This document shows positions 61,653 to 64,000 of a stretch of DNA of 64,000 bases, in pieces. A program made the position numbers and the translations under genes. Source of the DNA: an uncultured delta proteobacterium. Lineage in GTDB: Bacteria; Desulfobacterota; Desulfuromonadia; Desulfuromonadales; JACZKF01. The notes under the pieces were generated by a model. It searched no databases. It was not told where the DNA came from and saw nothing but the letters and a program-made list of their open reading frames with translations. The stretch spans positions 1-64,000 of the forward strand of contig CAWFKQ010000007.1 of NCBI GenBank assembly GCA_963816395.1. The letters run 5' to 3'. How positions within the stretch are numbered: position 1 is the first letter of the stretch; every line of letters starts with the position of its first letter.

Positions 61653-62712
61653 CTGTCTCCTCCTCCCTGGCGAATAGGATATCCGCATTGACGCCGGCGA
61701 TTCGGACGAACAGCTCGTCCGGGCGCCGGCATTTGCGCTCCAACAGCCAATAGAGCTTGACAGCCGCCTTCCAGGCGGCCTCGTACCGGGCATCGGAGCC
61801 GAAGACAATCCGCTCCGGCTCCACTTTCTCCAGAATTATGCTCAGGACATCCGCCGGCAGGGCCGAGATGTCGACCAGCAGATGCGGGAATCGGTTCAGA
61901 AGGGATAGAAGCCGGGGCAGCACCCGGTGTTCTGCCTCCCCGGCTTCGAGACTGTAGGCGCCGGCATGGGCGATGACCACCGGCCGGTCGGTCAGACCGA
62001 AATCAAGGCGGGCGAGATGTTCGATATCCGCGAAATGCGCCGCTCCCCGATCGGGCGCCAGCGGGCTGGGACCGCCGTGGATGATCACCGGCAGCGCGGT
62101 CCGGCCGGATGCCGCCAGCAGCGCTTCCAGGCGTTCCCGCCCTTCGGCCGCCGTCAGATCATGCCCCGACAGATTGGGATGGACCTTCAGCACCTCGATG
62201 CCGTAAAGGGCCGCCGCCCGCCGCACGTCCGCCTCCACCGCCACGGGTTCCAGGGTATTCGGCAGGGAATAGCCGAGGAGGAAGCGCGGGTCGCCGCCGA
62301 ACATCGCCGCCGCCTCCGCCATCCGCGCTTCGGCGGTCCGGCCCGGCGGCGCCACCGGCAGGAGGACGGTTCGCCCGATCCCTGCCATCGCCGTCTCCTC
62401 CCCCCACACCCGGGGTCCGGTATGGACATACAGGCGGCGCATGGCCAGGAGCAGCATCCGCTCGCGCAGATCCGGGATGCCGCCGGGCGGCGGCGCGGCG
62501 GGCGGCTCGAGATGGATCGCGGCGCTCGCCGGCGGCAGATAGCAGACCTCGCCCGTGCTGTAGACACCCGCATGGTGCGGATTGAGCGCATAGCGCCCCT
62601 CGTCGAAGAGCACCTCGAAGGGATGCGCGTGGGCATCGGTCAGGCGCACCGAGCCGCCGATATCCCGCAGGATTTCCAGATAGCGGTCGACAGCGGCCTT
62701 ATCCAGTCGCAT
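61612..62712 (-). CDS. Amidohydrolase family protein (TIM-barrel metallohydrolase)
   Basis: DAHAH, KVHP, IHGG, IAHAG, VFGSD. Confidence 0.85.
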   Translation of the reverse strand: MRLDKAAVDRYLEILRDIGGSVRLTDAHAHPFEVLFDEGRYALNPHHAGVYSTGEVCYLPPASAAIHLEPPAAPPPGGIPDLRERMLLLAMRRLYVHTGPRVWGEETAMAGIGRTVLLPVAPPGRTAEARMAEAAAMFGGDPRFLLGYSLPNTLEPVAVEADVRRAAALYGIEVLKVHPNLSGHDLTAAEGRERLEALLAASGRTALPVIIHGGPSPLAPDRGAAHFADIEHLARLDFGLTDRPVVIAHAGAYSLEAGEAEHRVLPRLLSLLNRFPHLLVDISALPADVLSIILEKVEPERIVFGSDARYEAAWKAAVKLYWLLERKCRRPDELFVRIAGVNADILFAREEETDALAVADPVLSVP

Positions 62713-64000
62713 GGCGTCCCTCCGCCGCCAGAAGCCGCAACGACTCCCGGTCGATCTTGCCGCGCCCGCAGCGCGGCAGCCCGGCGACCGGCAGCAGGCG
62801 GCGCGGCAGCATGTAGCCGGGCAACCGGTTACGCAACTGCTGGAGGATGCTGGCCGGGTCGACCGCTCCCGCTGCTTCGAAAAAGGCGATCAGCTCGGTG
62901 ATGCCCCCCCGATCCGCGGCGATGACCGCCGCCTCCCCTACCCCGTCGACAGCGCGCAGGGCCTGCTCGATTTCCCCCAGCTCGATCCGGTAGCCCATGA
63001 TCTTGACCTGGTGATCGAGCCGGCCGATAAATTCAAAATGGCCTTCCGGCCGCTGCACCACCAGATCCCCGGTGCGATACCAGGTTCCCGCCGGGCCGCC
63101 GAACGGCGCCGCCTGGACGAAGGATTTTGCGGTCCGCTCCGGATCGTTCAGGTAACCCGTCCCCAGCCCCGGGCCGGACAGCAGCAGTTCACCGGCCGCA
63201 CCGGCGCCGACCGCCTGCAGGGCGTCATCGACCACCGCGGCCCGCATTCCCTTGCAGGGCGAGCCGATGGGAATGCGTTCACCGGCGCCCGCCGGGATCC
63301 GCGCTACCGGGTAGTACAGGGAGATGCCCGTGGCTTCCGTCGGTCCGTAGGCGTTGCAGAAAAACTTCTCCGGGAAGGTCTCCATCCAGCGGATCAGCGA
63401 ACGGGCGGGCAGCGCCTCACCGCTGAAGATGATGCGGCTCAGCCCCGGTACGCGCCCCGGTGCCAGCACCCCGCCGCGCTCCAGGTAGAGCAGGAGAGAG
63501 GAGATCCCCTTCCAGAGGGTGACCCGTTCCCGTTCCATAAAGGCCAGCAGCTTTTCCGGGAAAAGGGTCATCGCCTCGTCCGCCAGGCAGAGGCCGGCGC
63601 CGGTCTTGACCGCGCACCAGAGGTCGAAGGTGGACATGTCGAAATGAAACGGGGCGGTGCCGAGGATGCGATCTCCGGCCTGGATGGCGAAGCAGTCGAC
63701 CGCCCAGTCGATGTAGTTGCGCACGTTGCGGTGGCTGATCATGACCCCCTTTGGCGTCCCGGTTGAACCGGAGGTATAGAGAATGTACGCCAGATCGTCG
63801 GGGGTGAGTTCCGGAGCGAGCGGGGCCGCCGGGCCATACTGCCGATACGCCGGGAATGCCGTCCCGGCAGCCGCCGGCGAACAGTCGGCGTCCTTCAGGT
63901 CGACGGTGGGAATGGTCCCGGCCACCGTTGCCAGCGGCTGGAGGGTGTGGCTGTCGCCCAGCAGGAGCCGGGGGGCGCAGTCGGCCACGATCCGCCGCCA
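62699..64000 (-). CDS. Amino-acid adenylation enzyme (DltA-like), 5' end outside the window
   Basis: YTSGSTGTPKG, FDMS, NAYGPTE, YRTGD, QVKIMGYRIELGEIE, GKIDR; no carrier domain at the C-terminus. Confidence 0.9.
   Translation of the reverse strand, partial: WRRIVADCAPRLLLGDSHTLQPLATVAGTIPTVDLKDADCSPAAAGTAFPAYRQYGPAAPLAPELTPDDLAYILYTSGSTGTPKGVMISHRNVRNYIDWAVDCFAIQAGDRILGTAPFHFDMSTFDLWCAVKTGAGLCLADEAMTLFPEKLLAFMERERVTLWKGISSLLLYLERGGVLAPGRVPGLSRIIFSGEALPARSLIRWMETFPEKFFCNAYGPTEATGISLYYPVARIPAGAGERIPIGSPCKGMRAAVVDDALQAVGAGAAGELLLSGPGLGTGYLNDPERTAKSFVQAAPFGGPAGTWYRTGDLVVQRPEGHFEFIGRLDHQVKIMGYRIELGEIEQALRAVDGVGEAAVIAADRGGITELIAFFEAAGAVDPASILQQLRNRLPGYMLPRRLLPVAGLPRCGRGKIDRESLRLLAAEGRHATG

Noticed and set aside
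62699..64000. Modular NRPS
   Set aside because: The visible part ends after the adenylation domain with no carrier or thioesterase domain; the 5' part is outside the window.

Overview
GC-rich bacterial DNA, most like Desulfuromonadales/Geobacterales (inferred from cbcBA-like, Hmc-like and sigma54 gene content). (1) 1-9.8 kb: defence island downstream of tRNA-Gly(CCC). It holds a type I restriction-modification locus (hsdR-hsdS-hsdM) interleaved with a REP-associated tyrosine transposase (RAYT) and its REP palindromes, a Fic toxin with a convergent antitoxin, a signal-peptide/TM-bearing Mrr nuclease and a remnant of a second Y1 transposase. (2) 9.9-22.4 kb: tRNA nucleotidyltransferase, aminotransferase, a complete V/A-type ATPase operon and an AEC transporter. 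(3) 22.4-37.6 kb: two outward-facing sigma54 quinol-oxidoreductase operons (Hmc/CbcSTU-like and CbcBA-like) with paralogous accessory cassettes, flanking two enhancer-binding proteins and a hybrid kinase. (4) 37.8-52 kb: RND pair, MCE/Mla transporter with a repeat protein, TPR, CoA-binding, GNAT-like, AcuC and a heme sensor kinase. (5) tRNA-Glu, tRNA-Gln and part of an exopolysaccharide cluster with a stand-alone adenylation enzyme. About a dozen genes carry indels, mostly single-base insertions, that look like long-read consensus errors, so split and fused genes need read-level confirmation. The most distinctive region is the RAYT/REP-type I RM-Fic-membrane Mrr island.
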